The notes beneath the pieces were generated by a model. That model saw nothing but the letters and a program-made list of their open reading frames with translations. It was not told where the DNA came from and did no database searches. Made by a program: the position numbers and the translations under genes. DNA of 64,000 bases. It comes from Alphaproteobacteria bacterium (GTDB lineage: Bacteria > Pseudomonadota > Alphaproteobacteria > Bin95). Shown here one piece after another: positions 48,346 to 56,880 of the stretch. Location of the stretch: contig OZ224045.1 of the NCBI GenBank assembly GCA_963665325.3, positions 1,696,001 to 1,760,000 on the forward strand, in the 5' to 3' direction. The number at the start of each line of letters is the position of its first letter. Position 1 is the stretch's first letter.

Positions 48346-48505
48346 GACCTGCTCGAGACCTCCCAATGCCGCTCCCGGCAGCGGCGGGGCCTTATCTAGG
48401 GCCGAAGCCCGCCCTCCGCAATGGCGGCGCCCGCCCGGATTGTCCGGCCCGAGCCAGGCGGTTAGGATTGCTGTCATTGAAGACGCAGCATAGAAGGCAG
48501 GTAAG

Positions 48506-48742
48506 ATGGCCCAACTCACCGTAAGGAAGCTGAGCGAGGAAGTCGTCAGCGCCCTGAAGCGGCGTGCAGCGGCTAACGGGCGATCTGCCGAGGCTGAGCA
48601 CCGGGCGATTCTGCGTGAAACGCTGGTTAGAACCGAGGAAGAATTTGCCGCGCGCGCAGCCGCACTGCGGCGGCGGCTTCGCTCGTCGGTTGATAGCAGC
48701 GTCTCGATACGGGCGGACCGGGACCGGGAAAGCATGGCGTGA
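48506..48742 (+). CDS. FitA-like ribbon-helix-helix antitoxin
   Basis: MAQLTVRKL...LKRRAAANGRSAEAEHRAIL. Confidence 0.9.
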   Translation: MAQLTVRKLSEEVVSALKRRAAANGRSAEAEHRAILRETLVRTEEEFAARAAALRRRLRSSVDSSVSIRADRDRESMA

Positions 48743-49179
48743 CCGGTTATGTCGTCGATGCCAGCGTCGCGGTGAAATGGCTGGTCGAGGAAGTGCTTTC
48801 CGACGAGGCAGCCCGCCTTCTGGACGATGACTCGACGCTTGTCGTGCCGCCGCTTCTGTTCGCGGAGGCCGCCAATGCGCTCTGGGCCATGCGCCGGCGC
48901 GGCGACATCGCGGCGGCCGACCTTGCGGAGGCAGTCGAGACCTTGCGGGCAGCTCCGGTTTCGATGCCCCTGTCGATGCCGGACCTCACAGCGGCGGCAA
49001 CGCGGTTGGCGAGCGACCTGGACCACCCGGTTTACGACTGCTTCTACCTCGCGCTCGCGGTTCATACGCAATATCCGGTCGTGACCGCCGACACGCGCTT
49101 TCACGACAAGGTGCGCAAGCATCCCTACCTTTCGGACCGAATCCTGCACCTCGCAGACATGGCGGCGAGCGAAGCGTAG
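48739..49179 (+). CDS. vapC: VapC/PIN-domain toxin
   Basis: VVDASVAVKW, E.ANAL, YDCFYLALA, VTAD; GTGA overlap with the antitoxin. Confidence 0.9.
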   Translation: MTGYVVDASVAVKWLVEEVLSDEAARLLDDDSTLVVPPLLFAEAANALWAMRRRGDIAAADLAEAVETLRAAPVSMPLSMPDLTAAATRLASDLDHPVYDCFYLALAVHTQYPVVTADTRFHDKVRKHPYLSDRILHLADMAASEA

Positions 49180-49293
49180 CGGTGGTCCCGGCGAACGAGG
49201 CGCGCCTTGACGGGTCCGCGGCCGGCCCATAGGACTCGTCGCAACGAATGCGGCGCCGTCCGGACAATCCGCGAGGCGCAGGGAGTTGGACCG

Positions 49294-49623
49294 ATGACAG
49301 ATCCCGACGCGAGACCCTATGTCATCGAGCGCCGCGAGACGGTGGCCCGGACCGACACGCTGCGCGTCGGCATCCTGACGCTTGCCGAGGGACAGGAAGT
49401 GCCCTGGCACTATCACAGCGAGGTCACCGACACCTTCTACTGCCTGGAAGGCGTGCTCTCGGTGGAAACCCGCGCGCCCAGGGCGCAGTACCTGCTGAAG
49501 GCCGGCGAGAGCTGTGCCGTGCCGGAGATGACCGCACACCGGGTCACGGGACAGGACGGCGGCCGCGCCCGCTTCCTGATCGTGCAGGGTATCGGCACCT
49601 ACGACTTCTGCCCCGTCGGCTGA
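49294..49623 (+). CDS. Cupin domain protein
   Basis: VPWHYHSEVTDTFYCLEG, PEMTAHRV. Confidence 0.85.
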   Translation: MTDPDARPYVIERRETVARTDTLRVGILTLAEGQEVPWHYHSEVTDTFYCLEGVLSVETRAPRAQYLLKAGESCAVPEMTAHRVTGQDGGRARFLIVQGIGTYDFCPVG

Positions 49624-49649
49624 GCGGCGTTTTTTTTCCGGCGAACTTC

Positions 49650-50205
49650 CCGGAAAGGCGTCGCCGGGCGACGATGACCCCCTCGGAATTGTCATGAAAT
49701 GTCATGAGATGTCATGGTCGGGCGCGGGTTGCCCGTCGTCAGGCCGGCCCGCCTTGGGGCGTCCGCGGCATTGCCGGAAGCTGCCGAAGCGGTGGCAGAC
49801 GGCCTTCTGCCGGGCGGAGAGAGAGGGTTCGTGTGCGGCGGTCGCTTCAGGCATGGGCGGCGGCTCTTTCGTTCATTTTATGTTCTCTCGGCGATCCGAT
49901 GCGGTGCCGGACTGCGCCTGGCCAGGGGACGGGGTTGGCGGACAGCACGACCCCGCGGGAAGCGACCCTGTTTCGCGCGTATCGCGTGCGGGTGCGGGCG
50001 CGCGTTAGCGCCGGCGCGGTTCGCGCGCCTGATTGCGCGCGCGAGGCAGAGGGCGCACTTCGCCTGTGCGTTGAATCAGGGTCGTTTCGCGCCGGGTCGG
50101 CACGGGCGGGAAGCGGCCCGCGGATGCCCCTTCCCTCGGACCCATCATACCACACCTATTCTCAGGTCAAGCCCGATTCGAGAATTATTGCCTAATTTCT
50201 TGGAA
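49650..50205. repeat. Dispersed non-coding repeat element, copy 2 (uninterrupted)
   Basis: TGTCATG at 49690, 49700, 49710; TTCGCGCGTATCGC at ~49972; 31-bp core 50008-50038; hairpin 50108-50135; GGTCAAGC at 50165. Confidence 0.85.
50144..50170 (-). promoter_or_regulatory. Putative sigma70 promoter inside repeat copy 2 (TTGACC-N12-TGg-TATGAT)
   Basis: Reverse complement reads cTTGACCtgagaataggtgTGgTATGAT. Confidence 0.55.
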
Positions 50206-50221
50206 GCCCCGGCCGCCCCAC

Positions 50222-50269
50222 CGCCGCCGGTTCTATGTCAGCCAGCGGGCAGCGCGCGTCACGCTCGAT
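50222..50269 (-). pseudogene. N-terminal remnant of a HepT/DUF86 toxin
   Basis: Frame overlapping the MNT stop reads (I)ERDARCPLADIEPAA, like typical DUF86 starts; ATC in place of ATG. Confidence 0.5.
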
Positions 50270-50567
50270 AGACGAGTTCGCGCGACCTGTTTATCGACGC
50301 GCGCAGATAGGGGTTTCGAACCGCTCGGAGTTCGACCGAAACGACGCGACGGTCGAGCGCATTGCTCAAGGCATCCCCGAGATCGAAATATCGGTCCAGC
50401 GTCCGGCGGGCGGCCGGGCCAACTTCAACGAGGAAATCGGCGTCGCACGCCTCGGGATCGAAATCCCCGCCGCGTGCCGCCGAGCCGAACACCTCCAGCC
50501 GCGCCACATCGCAGCGCCGGCACAGCGCGGCCAGTTCCTCCCGCTTGTCGGCGATTGCGGCGTGCAT
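50259..50567 (-). CDS. Minimal nucleotidyltransferase (MntA-like antitoxin)
   Basis: LEVFGSAARG.DFDPEACDADFLV (GS-x-DxD motif). Confidence 0.88.
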   Translation of the reverse strand: MHAAIADKREELAALCRRCDVARLEVFGSAARGGDFDPEACDADFLVEVGPAARRTLDRYFDLGDALSNALDRRVVSVELRAVRNPYLRASINRSRELVYRA

Positions 50568-50594
50568 GTCAGCACGCGCCCGCGTTTGCGCGCC

Positions 50595-51461
50595 CTAGCT
50601 CGGCCGGTCGCCCTCGATCTGGATGCGGCGCATGTCGCGGCGGTGGCCGGCATAGTCGTTGATGGCGGCGTGCTTGAGGCAGCGATTGTCCCACAGCGTC
50701 AGCGAGCCCGGCTCCCAGGAGACGCGGCAGGTCAGTTCCACGCGCTCGCCGACGGCGTAGAGATAGTCGAGCAGCGGCGTACTCTCCGCCTCCGTCATGC
50801 CCTCGAAGCGGATGGTGTAGGCGCGGTTGACGAAGAGACCCTTGCGGCCGGTCTCGGGATGGGTGCGCACCACCGGATGCAGGCACTCGGTCGGCCTCCA
50901 GGCGTCGTCCTCGCGGTTCCTGGTCGAGCGGAGCGCATTGAAGTTCGTCGCCGGCCCGGCGACGCGGGTGTCGTTGTGCACCGCGCGCATGCCGGACAGC
51001 GTGGACTTCATGCCGTCCGACAGCATGTCCCATGCGCCCTGTTGGTCCGCGAACAGCGTGTCGCCGCCCGCCGGCGGCACTTCGAGGGCATAGAGCGCGG
51101 AGCCGAGCGGCGGTTTCTCCAGGCAGGTGGTGTCGGTGTGCCAGTTCTCGCCGACCGCCGCCTTGTCGTCCGGCTCCTTGCGGATCGCGATGACCTCCGG
51201 ATACTTGCCCTCCGCGATCAGGTTCGGATGCACGATCAGCGGGCCGAAGCGAAGGCCGAACGTCATCAGCGATTCCTCGTCCAGCTCCTGGTCCCGGAAG
51301 CACAGCACCTTGTGGCGGAGGAAGGTCTCGCGCACCGCCGCAAAGCCTTCGTCGTCGAGCGCCGCGAGATCGACGCCGCGAACCTCGGCCCCGCAGGACC
51401 CGGAAAGCGGCCTCACCTGCATGTTCGCCAATCCCTGAACTCCATCCGGCATGTCACGCAT
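50595..51461 (-). CDS. TauD/TfdA family alpha-ketoglutarate dioxygenase
   Basis: WHTD, GGDTLF, HPVVRTHPETGRK, WDNRCLKH. Confidence 0.94.
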   Translation of the reverse strand: MRDMPDGVQGLANMQVRPLSGSCGAEVRGVDLAALDDEGFAAVRETFLRHKVLCFRDQELDEESLMTFGLRFGPLIVHPNLIAEGKYPEVIAIRKEPDDKAAVGENWHTDTTCLEKPPLGSALYALEVPPAGGDTLFADQQGAWDMLSDGMKSTLSGMRAVHNDTRVAGPATNFNALRSTRNREDDAWRPTECLHPVVRTHPETGRKGLFVNRAYTIRFEGMTEAESTPLLDYLYAVGERVELTCRVSWEPGSLTLWDNRCLKHAAINDYAGHRRDMRRIQIEGDRPS

Positions 51462-52842
51462 CCTCCGTCTCGCAGCGAAGATACCACGGCGTCTTCCCCG
51501 GCTCGCGCCGGCTGCGGCGGGCGGGTTTCGGGGCCGGCGCCGCCTTCGGCTTGGGCGGGGTCTTGGCCTCCGTCTTCGCTTCGGCCTTTGCCTCCGTCTT
51601 CGCTTCGGCCTTTGCCTCCGTCTTCGCTTCCGGTGCGGCGCTTGCCTTGGGTTTCGCTTTCGCCCCGGTCTTCGGCGCAGGCGCCTCGTCTTTCTTCGCC
51701 GCCGCCCGGCGGGCCGGCCGCTTGGGCGCGGGTTCCGCCGCGATGTCCGCGGCGGCGGGCGCGGTCCGGAAGCTGTCCAGCGCGTCGAGGTCGAAAGAGA
51801 AACCGAGGCCCGGCCGGTCGGGAATCCGGGCCCGGCCGTCGTCGAATTCGATCCGTTCGCTGAACAGCCGGGCCGACCAGGGCATGTATTCCAGCAGGTC
51901 GCAGTTCCCGAGCGCGCCGCAAAGCTGCAGCGACGGCTCGGAATAGAGGTGCGGCGAGACCGGCAGGTCCCAGGCCTGCGCCATGTGGCCGACGCGCATG
52001 AACTCGGTGATGCCGCCGACGCGCCCGAGGTCCGGCATCAGCACGTCCGCCGCCCTCGCTTCGATCAGCGGGCGGAAGCCATATCGGGTGTATTCCGTCT
52101 CGCCGGTGGCGATGGGCGTGTCGAGCGCGGCGGCGAGCGCGGCATGGCCGGCGACATCGTATGCCGGCACCGGCTCCTCGAACCAGTCGAGGTTCACCGC
52201 CTCCAGCGCGCGGCCGAGCCTGAGCGCGTGCCGGACATCGAGGCTCTGGTTTGCGTCCGCCATCAGCCGGATGTCGGGGCCGATGGCGTCGCGAATCGCC
52301 TCGGCGCGCTCCACATCCTCCTGCCAGCGCGGCTTGCCGAGCCGCATCTTCATGGCGCGGAAGCCCTGCTTGAGAAAGCTTTTCGCCTCGGCGACCAGCT
52401 CGTCCTCGGAGCGCGAGAGCCAGAGCCCGCCGCTGTGATAGGCCGGCACGGCGTCGCGGCAGGAGCCGAGCAGACGGTGGACCGGCTGACCGAGCGCCTT
52501 GCCGCGTGCATCCCAGAGCGCCATGTCGAGCGCCGAGAGCGCGAACAGCGGCACGCCCTTGTGGCCGACGAAGTTCACCTCGGTCCACAGCTTGTGCCAG
52601 ATGCCCTCGACCCGGTGCGCGTCCTCGCCGATGAGCGACGAGCCGAGGACGGCAACCATCGCCTCCAGCGGCGCCAGATGCCTTGCCGGGAGCGAGAACA
52701 GGTGGCCCTCGCCGGTGACCTCCGCGTCGGTATCGACGAAGACCAGCACATAGCCGATCGAACGGATATCGTGGATCGCGGTGATGACGGGCTCCTCCAG
52801 CGGCACGTCCACCGTCATCGTACGAATACCGGTTATCTTCAT
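51454..52842 (-). CDS. Mandelate racemase/muconate lactonizing enzyme family protein with low-complexity C-terminal tail
   Basis: SALDMALWD, KMR, MADANQ, WFEEP, ATGETE, SPH; then A/E/K/P-rich tail. Confidence 0.9.
   Translation of the reverse strand: MKITGIRTMTVDVPLEEPVITAIHDIRSIGYVLVFVDTDAEVTGEGHLFSLPARHLAPLEAMVAVLGSSLIGEDAHRVEGIWHKLWTEVNFVGHKGVPLFALSALDMALWDARGKALGQPVHRLLGSCRDAVPAYHSGGLWLSRSEDELVAEAKSFLKQGFRAMKMRLGKPRWQEDVERAEAIRDAIGPDIRLMADANQSLDVRHALRLGRALEAVNLDWFEEPVPAYDVAGHAALAAALDTPIATGETEYTRYGFRPLIEARAADVLMPDLGRVGGITEFMRVGHMAQAWDLPVSPHLYSEPSLQLCGALGNCDLLEYMPWSARLFSERIEFDDGRARIPDRPGLGFSFDLDALDSFRTAPAAADIAAEPAPKRPARRAAAKKDEAPAPKTGAKAKPKASAAPEAKTEAKAEAKTEAKAEAKTEAKTPPKPKAAPAPKPARRSRREPGKTPWYLRCETEDA
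51566..51630. repeat. 24-bp tandem repeat (2.7 copies) encoding KAEAKTEA
   Basis: GCCTCCGTCTTCGCTTCGGCCTTT at 51566 and 51590, partial at 51614. Confidence 0.9.
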
Positions 52843-52987
52843 CCCTGCCTTTCACCTCCAGAATGTCGGCCCCCCAAGGCCGTTTCCCCAAGGCAGCCTA
52901 ACTTGACAGGGCGGGGGAGGGGAAGCGGCAGCGGCCCGCACTTGTTTTCCTTGCATATCGCTTATCGATATACGATATAGAGCGGCC

Positions 52988-53266
52988 ATGATCCGGAGCT
53001 TTCGTTGCAAGGATACCGAGCGGCTTGCCAATGGCTACAGGGTACGGCGTTTCATCGCTTTCGAGCGGTTTGCCCAGCGCAAGCTCGCTCAACTGGACGC
53101 CGCTGCAACACTCGACTTCCTGCGTGTGCCGCCGGGAAACCGGCTTGAGGCGTTGTGGGGCGACCGTGCGGGCTTCTACAGCATACGGATCAACAATCAG
53201 TGGCGGCTTTGTTTCCGCTTTGCGGACAGCAATGCCTTCGATGCGGAAATCGTCGATTACCACTGA
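52988..53266 (+). CDS. higB: HigB-family (RelE/ParE) toxin
   Basis: MIRSFRCKDTE, PPGNRLEAL, YSIRINNQWRLCF, EIVDYH. Confidence 0.93.
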   Translation: MIRSFRCKDTERLANGYRVRRFIAFERFAQRKLAQLDAAATLDFLRVPPGNRLEALWGDRAGFYSIRINNQWRLCFRFADSNAFDAEIVDYH

Positions 53267-53291
53267 GAGCGCTTGAAGGAGGGCCTGCCTT

Positions 53292-53585
53292 ATGACCGCA
53301 CTGGACCCCATCCACCCCGGCGAGGTCTTGAAGCATGACTTCATGGAGCCTTTCGCGCTGTCCTCGGCGGCTCTGGCCAGGGCAATCGGCGTCACGCCGG
53401 CGCGGATAAACGAGATCCTGCGCGGACGCCGGGGCCTGACGGCGGATACGGCGCTGCGCCTCGCCCGCTATTTCGGCACCGACGCCCAGAGCTGGATGAA
53501 CCTCCAGGACCGCTATGAACTCGCGGTCGCAGCGCAGAAGGGGGCGGCGGCGCTGCGGGCCATCCGGCCGCGGGAGATGGTGTAA
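53292..53585 (+). CDS. higA: HigA-family antitoxin (HTH)
   Basis: PIHPGEVL, TADTALRLARYFGT, WMNLQ. Confidence 0.93.
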   Translation: MTALDPIHPGEVLKHDFMEPFALSSAALARAIGVTPARINEILRGRRGLTADTALRLARYFGTDAQSWMNLQDRYELAVAAQKGAAALRAIRPREMV

Positions 53586-53664
53586 GGCCCGGTTTCGCGA
53601 TTACGGGGCATCCAGATCGAAAACGGGAATTTCCATCGCGCGTGCGGTGGCGGTTCGAGGTAGA

Positions 53665-53961
53665 TCACCGCGCGCTTCTGTCGGCGTCCAGATCGTCGAG
53701 GAGTTCAGCCAGAGACATGACGGGAGGCGGCCGCGGCGGCGGCTTCCCCCTGTTGACGCCAAGGGGCGGCGTCAGCCAGCCCTTGCGCACGGCGTCGGCC
53801 AGAAATGCATCGGCGAGAACTGGGCTCCGGTTCTCCCTCGGCGGGCCGAGTTCCGCAACCACCCGGTCGCGGTCGGTCACCAGAACCGTCTCGCCGGATG
53901 CCGCCAGGCGCACATATTCGCTCAACCGACTGTTCAGCGCCTTGATGCCTACCGATCTCAT
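53665..53961 (-). CDS. Phd/YefM-family antitoxin (orphan)
   Basis: MRSVGIKALNSRLSEYVRLAASGETVLVTDRDRVVAEL. Confidence 0.88.
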   Translation of the reverse strand: MRSVGIKALNSRLSEYVRLAASGETVLVTDRDRVVAELGPPRENRSPVLADAFLADAVRKGWLTPPLGVNRGKPPPRPPPVMSLAELLDDLDADRSAR

Positions 53962-54011
53962 GATCGCCGTGGTGGCAACCGGTAGCGACCTTGTCAATCG
54001 CCCTGACGATT

Positions 54012-54875
54012 TCAGCGGTCCGAAGAGTCCCGGGCAGCGGGTTCGACGGGAATGTTGTCGATCAGCCTTGCGCGGCCGAGATGGGCGGCGGCGAGCAGGC
54101 GGGCGGGGCGGTCAAGTCGCTGCATGGGCGCCAGGTCTTCGGCATCGCGAAGCTCGACATAATCGACAGCATCGAAACTGGCTGCGGCGATCTCCGCGGC
54201 GGCGTCGGCGAGGCAACCCGTGTCCTCGCCGTTCCGCAAGCGCCCGGCGGCGGCGGCGAGCGCGCGGTGCAGCGCCGGGGCGCGCGCGCGTTCGTCGGGA
54301 CTGAGCATGGCGTTGCGGGAGGAGAGCGCGAGGCCGTCCGGGTCGCGCACCGTCGGGCAGCCGACGATTTCGACCGGCAGGTCGAGGTCGCGGACCATGC
54401 GGCGGATCGTGGCGAGCTGCTGGTAGTCCTTCTCGCCGAAGAAGGCGAAGTCCGCCCCGGTCTGGATCAGCAGCTTGGAGACGACGGTCGCCACGCCGTC
54501 GAAATGCCCCGGCCGGTCCGCGCCGCAAAGCCCGTCGGTGATGCCGGAGACGGACACATTCGTGGCGAATCCGGCCGGATACATGACCTCCGGCGGCGGC
54601 GCGAACAGGAGGTCGATGCCGTAGGGGGCGAGCTTCTCGCGGTCGTTGTTCTCGGTGCGGGGATAGCGCGCAAGGTCCGCCGCGTCGTTGAACTGCTTCG
54701 GGTTGACGAACAGCGTGACGATGCTGCGGTCGGCGCGCTCCCGGCTTGCGGCGGCTAGGCTCAGATGGCCCGCATGGAGCGCGCCCATGGTGGGCACGAC
54801 GCCGATGCTGCAGCCGGCCCGGCGCCAGGCGCGCACGAAGCGGCGAAGATCCTGCACGGTGCGGGCGGTCAGCAT
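54012..54875 (-). CDS. panC: Pantoate-beta-alanine ligase
   Basis: [45 protein letters not shown]. Confidence 0.97.
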   Translation of the reverse strand: MLTARTVQDLRRFVRAWRRAGCSIGVVPTMGALHAGHLSLAAASRERADRSIVTLFVNPKQFNDAADLARYPRTENNDREKLAPYGIDLLFAPPPEVMYPAGFATNVSVSGITDGLCGADRPGHFDGVATVVSKLLIQTGADFAFFGEKDYQQLATIRRMVRDLDLPVEIVGCPTVRDPDGLALSSRNAMLSPDERARAPALHRALAAAAGRLRNGEDTGCLADAAAEIAAASFDAVDYVELRDAEDLAPMQRLDRPARLLAAAHLGRARLIDNIPVEPAARDSSDR

Positions 54876-54940
54876 CGTGCGGGAACATTCCCCAAAGCGT
54901 CTGGTCCGGCAAGCGGGGATATGGGAGTCTCGCCGCCATC

Positions 54941-56122
54941 ATGGAACCGCGACCCGTCGTCCGGCTCCTGCCGGGCCGGCAGAAGCGCCTCCGCGCAGGG
55001 CATCCCTGGGCCTATGCCAATGAAATCGCGATGTCGGCCGAGGCGCGCGCCCTGCCGCCGGGAACGCTGGTGCGGCTGGAGAGCGCCGACGGGCAGGCGC
55101 TCGGCACGGCAATGTTCAACCCCCGTGCGCTTGCGGCCGTGCGCCGCCTCGATGCCGATCCCGGGCGGGAGATTGACGCGGGCTGGCTGGCGGGGCGGCT
55201 GAAGGCGGCGCTGGCGCTAAGGAAGCGGCTCGGTGTCGCGCCCTGGTGCCGGGTCGCGCATGCGGAGGCGGACGGGCTGCCGGGGCTGATCGTCGATCTC
55301 GTCGGCGGCGTGGCGGTGGCGCAACTCAACAGCGCGGGCATGGCGCGGCTGGAAGCGCCGCTGGTCGAAGCCATACGCGAGGCGTTGCAACCGGAGGCGC
55401 TGATCTTCCGCAATGACAGCGCCCAGCGCGGCCTGGAGGGGCTGGAGACGGAGAACCGGCTGGTTTTCGGCGAGGTTTCCGGACCGATCGATCTGGTCGA
55501 GGGCGACTGCCGTTTCCTCTGCGACCCGCTCGGCGGGCAGAAGACCGGCTGGTTCTACGACCAGCGCGACAACCGCGCCTTCGCGGCGAGCCTCGCGGAC
55601 GGCGCGCGGGTGCTGGACCTCTACGCCTATCTCGGCGGATTCGGCATCAGGGCGGCGCTGGCCGGCGCGCGCGAGGCCGTGCTGGTGGACCGCTCCCGGC
55701 CCGCGCTGGAGCTTGCCGCCAGCGCCGCCGGGCTGAACGGCGTCGGCGAGCGGGTCCGCACCGAGCGGGCCGATGTCTTCGCCTTCCTGGAAGCGGCGGG
55801 TTCCGAACGCTTCGGCCTCGTGATCGCCGACCCGCCGGCCTTCGTGCGCTCGCGCAAGGATCTGGGCGCGGGCCTGCGCGGCTACCGCAAGCTCGCCCGG
55901 CTCGCCGCGGGGCTGGTGGCGCCGGGCGGGTTCCTGCTGGCGGCCTCCTGCTCACACAATGTCACCGCGGAGGCCTTTGCGCTGGAGGTCGCGCGTGGCC
56001 TCGGGCAGGCGGGACGCACGGGCCGCGTGCTGCGGATGGCCGGGGCCGCGCCCGACCATCCGGTGCATCCCATGCTGCCGGAGTCGGCTTATCTCAAGGC
56101 GATGGTATTGCAGCTCGACTGA
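54941..56122 (+). CDS. rlmI: 23S rRNA m5C1962 methyltransferase-like
   Basis: GHPW PUA start, EADGLPG, GQKTGWFYDQR, DPPAF, SCS. Confidence 0.88.
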   Translation: MEPRPVVRLLPGRQKRLRAGHPWAYANEIAMSAEARALPPGTLVRLESADGQALGTAMFNPRALAAVRRLDADPGREIDAGWLAGRLKAALALRKRLGVAPWCRVAHAEADGLPGLIVDLVGGVAVAQLNSAGMARLEAPLVEAIREALQPEALIFRNDSAQRGLEGLETENRLVFGEVSGPIDLVEGDCRFLCDPLGGQKTGWFYDQRDNRAFAASLADGARVLDLYAYLGGFGIRAALAGAREAVLVDRSRPALELAASAAGLNGVGERVRTERADVFAFLEAAGSERFGLVIADPPAFVRSRKDLGAGLRGYRKLARLAAGLVAPGGFLLAASCSHNVTAEAFALEVARGLGQAGRTGRVLRMAGAAPDHPVHPMLPESAYLKAMVLQLD

Positions 56123-56128
56123 GGCCGA

Positions 56129-56728
56129 TCAGTCCAGAATCTCGAAATGCGCCTCGGTCGGCTCGCGCCCCACGCCGTTGATCGGCAGGATGTCCTGCGG
56201 GCAGGCGGAGAAGGCGACGACGACATCGAGATTGGCCTCGAACAGCACAAAATCGTTCGGTTTCGTGACAGGCGCGGCGAAGGCGAGGGCGCCGCCTTCG
56301 TCCCACGGAATGTTCATGAAGAGGTTGAGCGGGGAGGGCGTCTCCGGCGGTGTCAGGCCGAGCTCGTAAAGGCCGGCCGCCAGATTATCCGTGCAATTGT
56401 CGTGATATTCGGTGCAGCCGAGCAGGCCGTAGCGGTAGTCGTCGCAGGCCGCCATCAGCGTGTCGTGGACGCCGGGCGACGTGTCCTCGACGAGTGTGAG
56501 GATCGGCCGGCGGCGGTTGCTGTAGAACGCGTCGCCGACTTCGGGGCGCATTTTCGTCAAGGTCGCGCGGGTGTGCTCCATCGACATGAACTCGCGCAGG
56601 TCGTGCCGCGCGAAGGCCCAGGTGTCCACGACCTGCTCGCCGTGTGTGTTGACGACCCTCACCTTCTGCCCTTTGCGCGCGAACGCCGCCTTGCCGCTCC
56701 GCGCGGGAATCGTCCGAAGCCCCGACAT
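56129..56728 (-). CDS. Urea carboxylase-associated family protein (DUF1989)
   Basis: GEQVVDTW, HDTLMAACD, HDNCTDN, PLNLFMN, SACPQD. Confidence 0.9.
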   Translation of the reverse strand: MSGLRTIPARSGKAAFARKGQKVRVVNTHGEQVVDTWAFARHDLREFMSMEHTRATLTKMRPEVGDAFYSNRRRPILTLVEDTSPGVHDTLMAACDDYRYGLLGCTEYHDNCTDNLAAGLYELGLTPPETPSPLNLFMNIPWDEGGALAFAAPVTKPNDFVLFEANLDVVVAFSACPQDILPINGVGREPTEAHFEILD

Positions 56729-56880
56729 GACGCGCCTCCCAAACTGGCCGGAACGGCCAAGATGAAACGCGCGGCCGGGCGCGGTCAAGACGCCTCTCTG
56801 GCAAGGTGCGGGCTTTCGCAGCGTTGACCGGAAGCGGCGGTCGTGGCGTATTGCGCCCGATGCCGCACGGGGAGGCGCCC

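Noticed and set aside
47506-49695. 729-aa DapF fusion
   Set aside because: DapF starts at 48345; the extension is antisense to the fitA-vapC and cupin genes
49690-49716. TGTCATG repeats as a CRISPR array
   Set aside because: 7-bp units with 3-bp gaps; no spacers of CRISPR length and no cas genes
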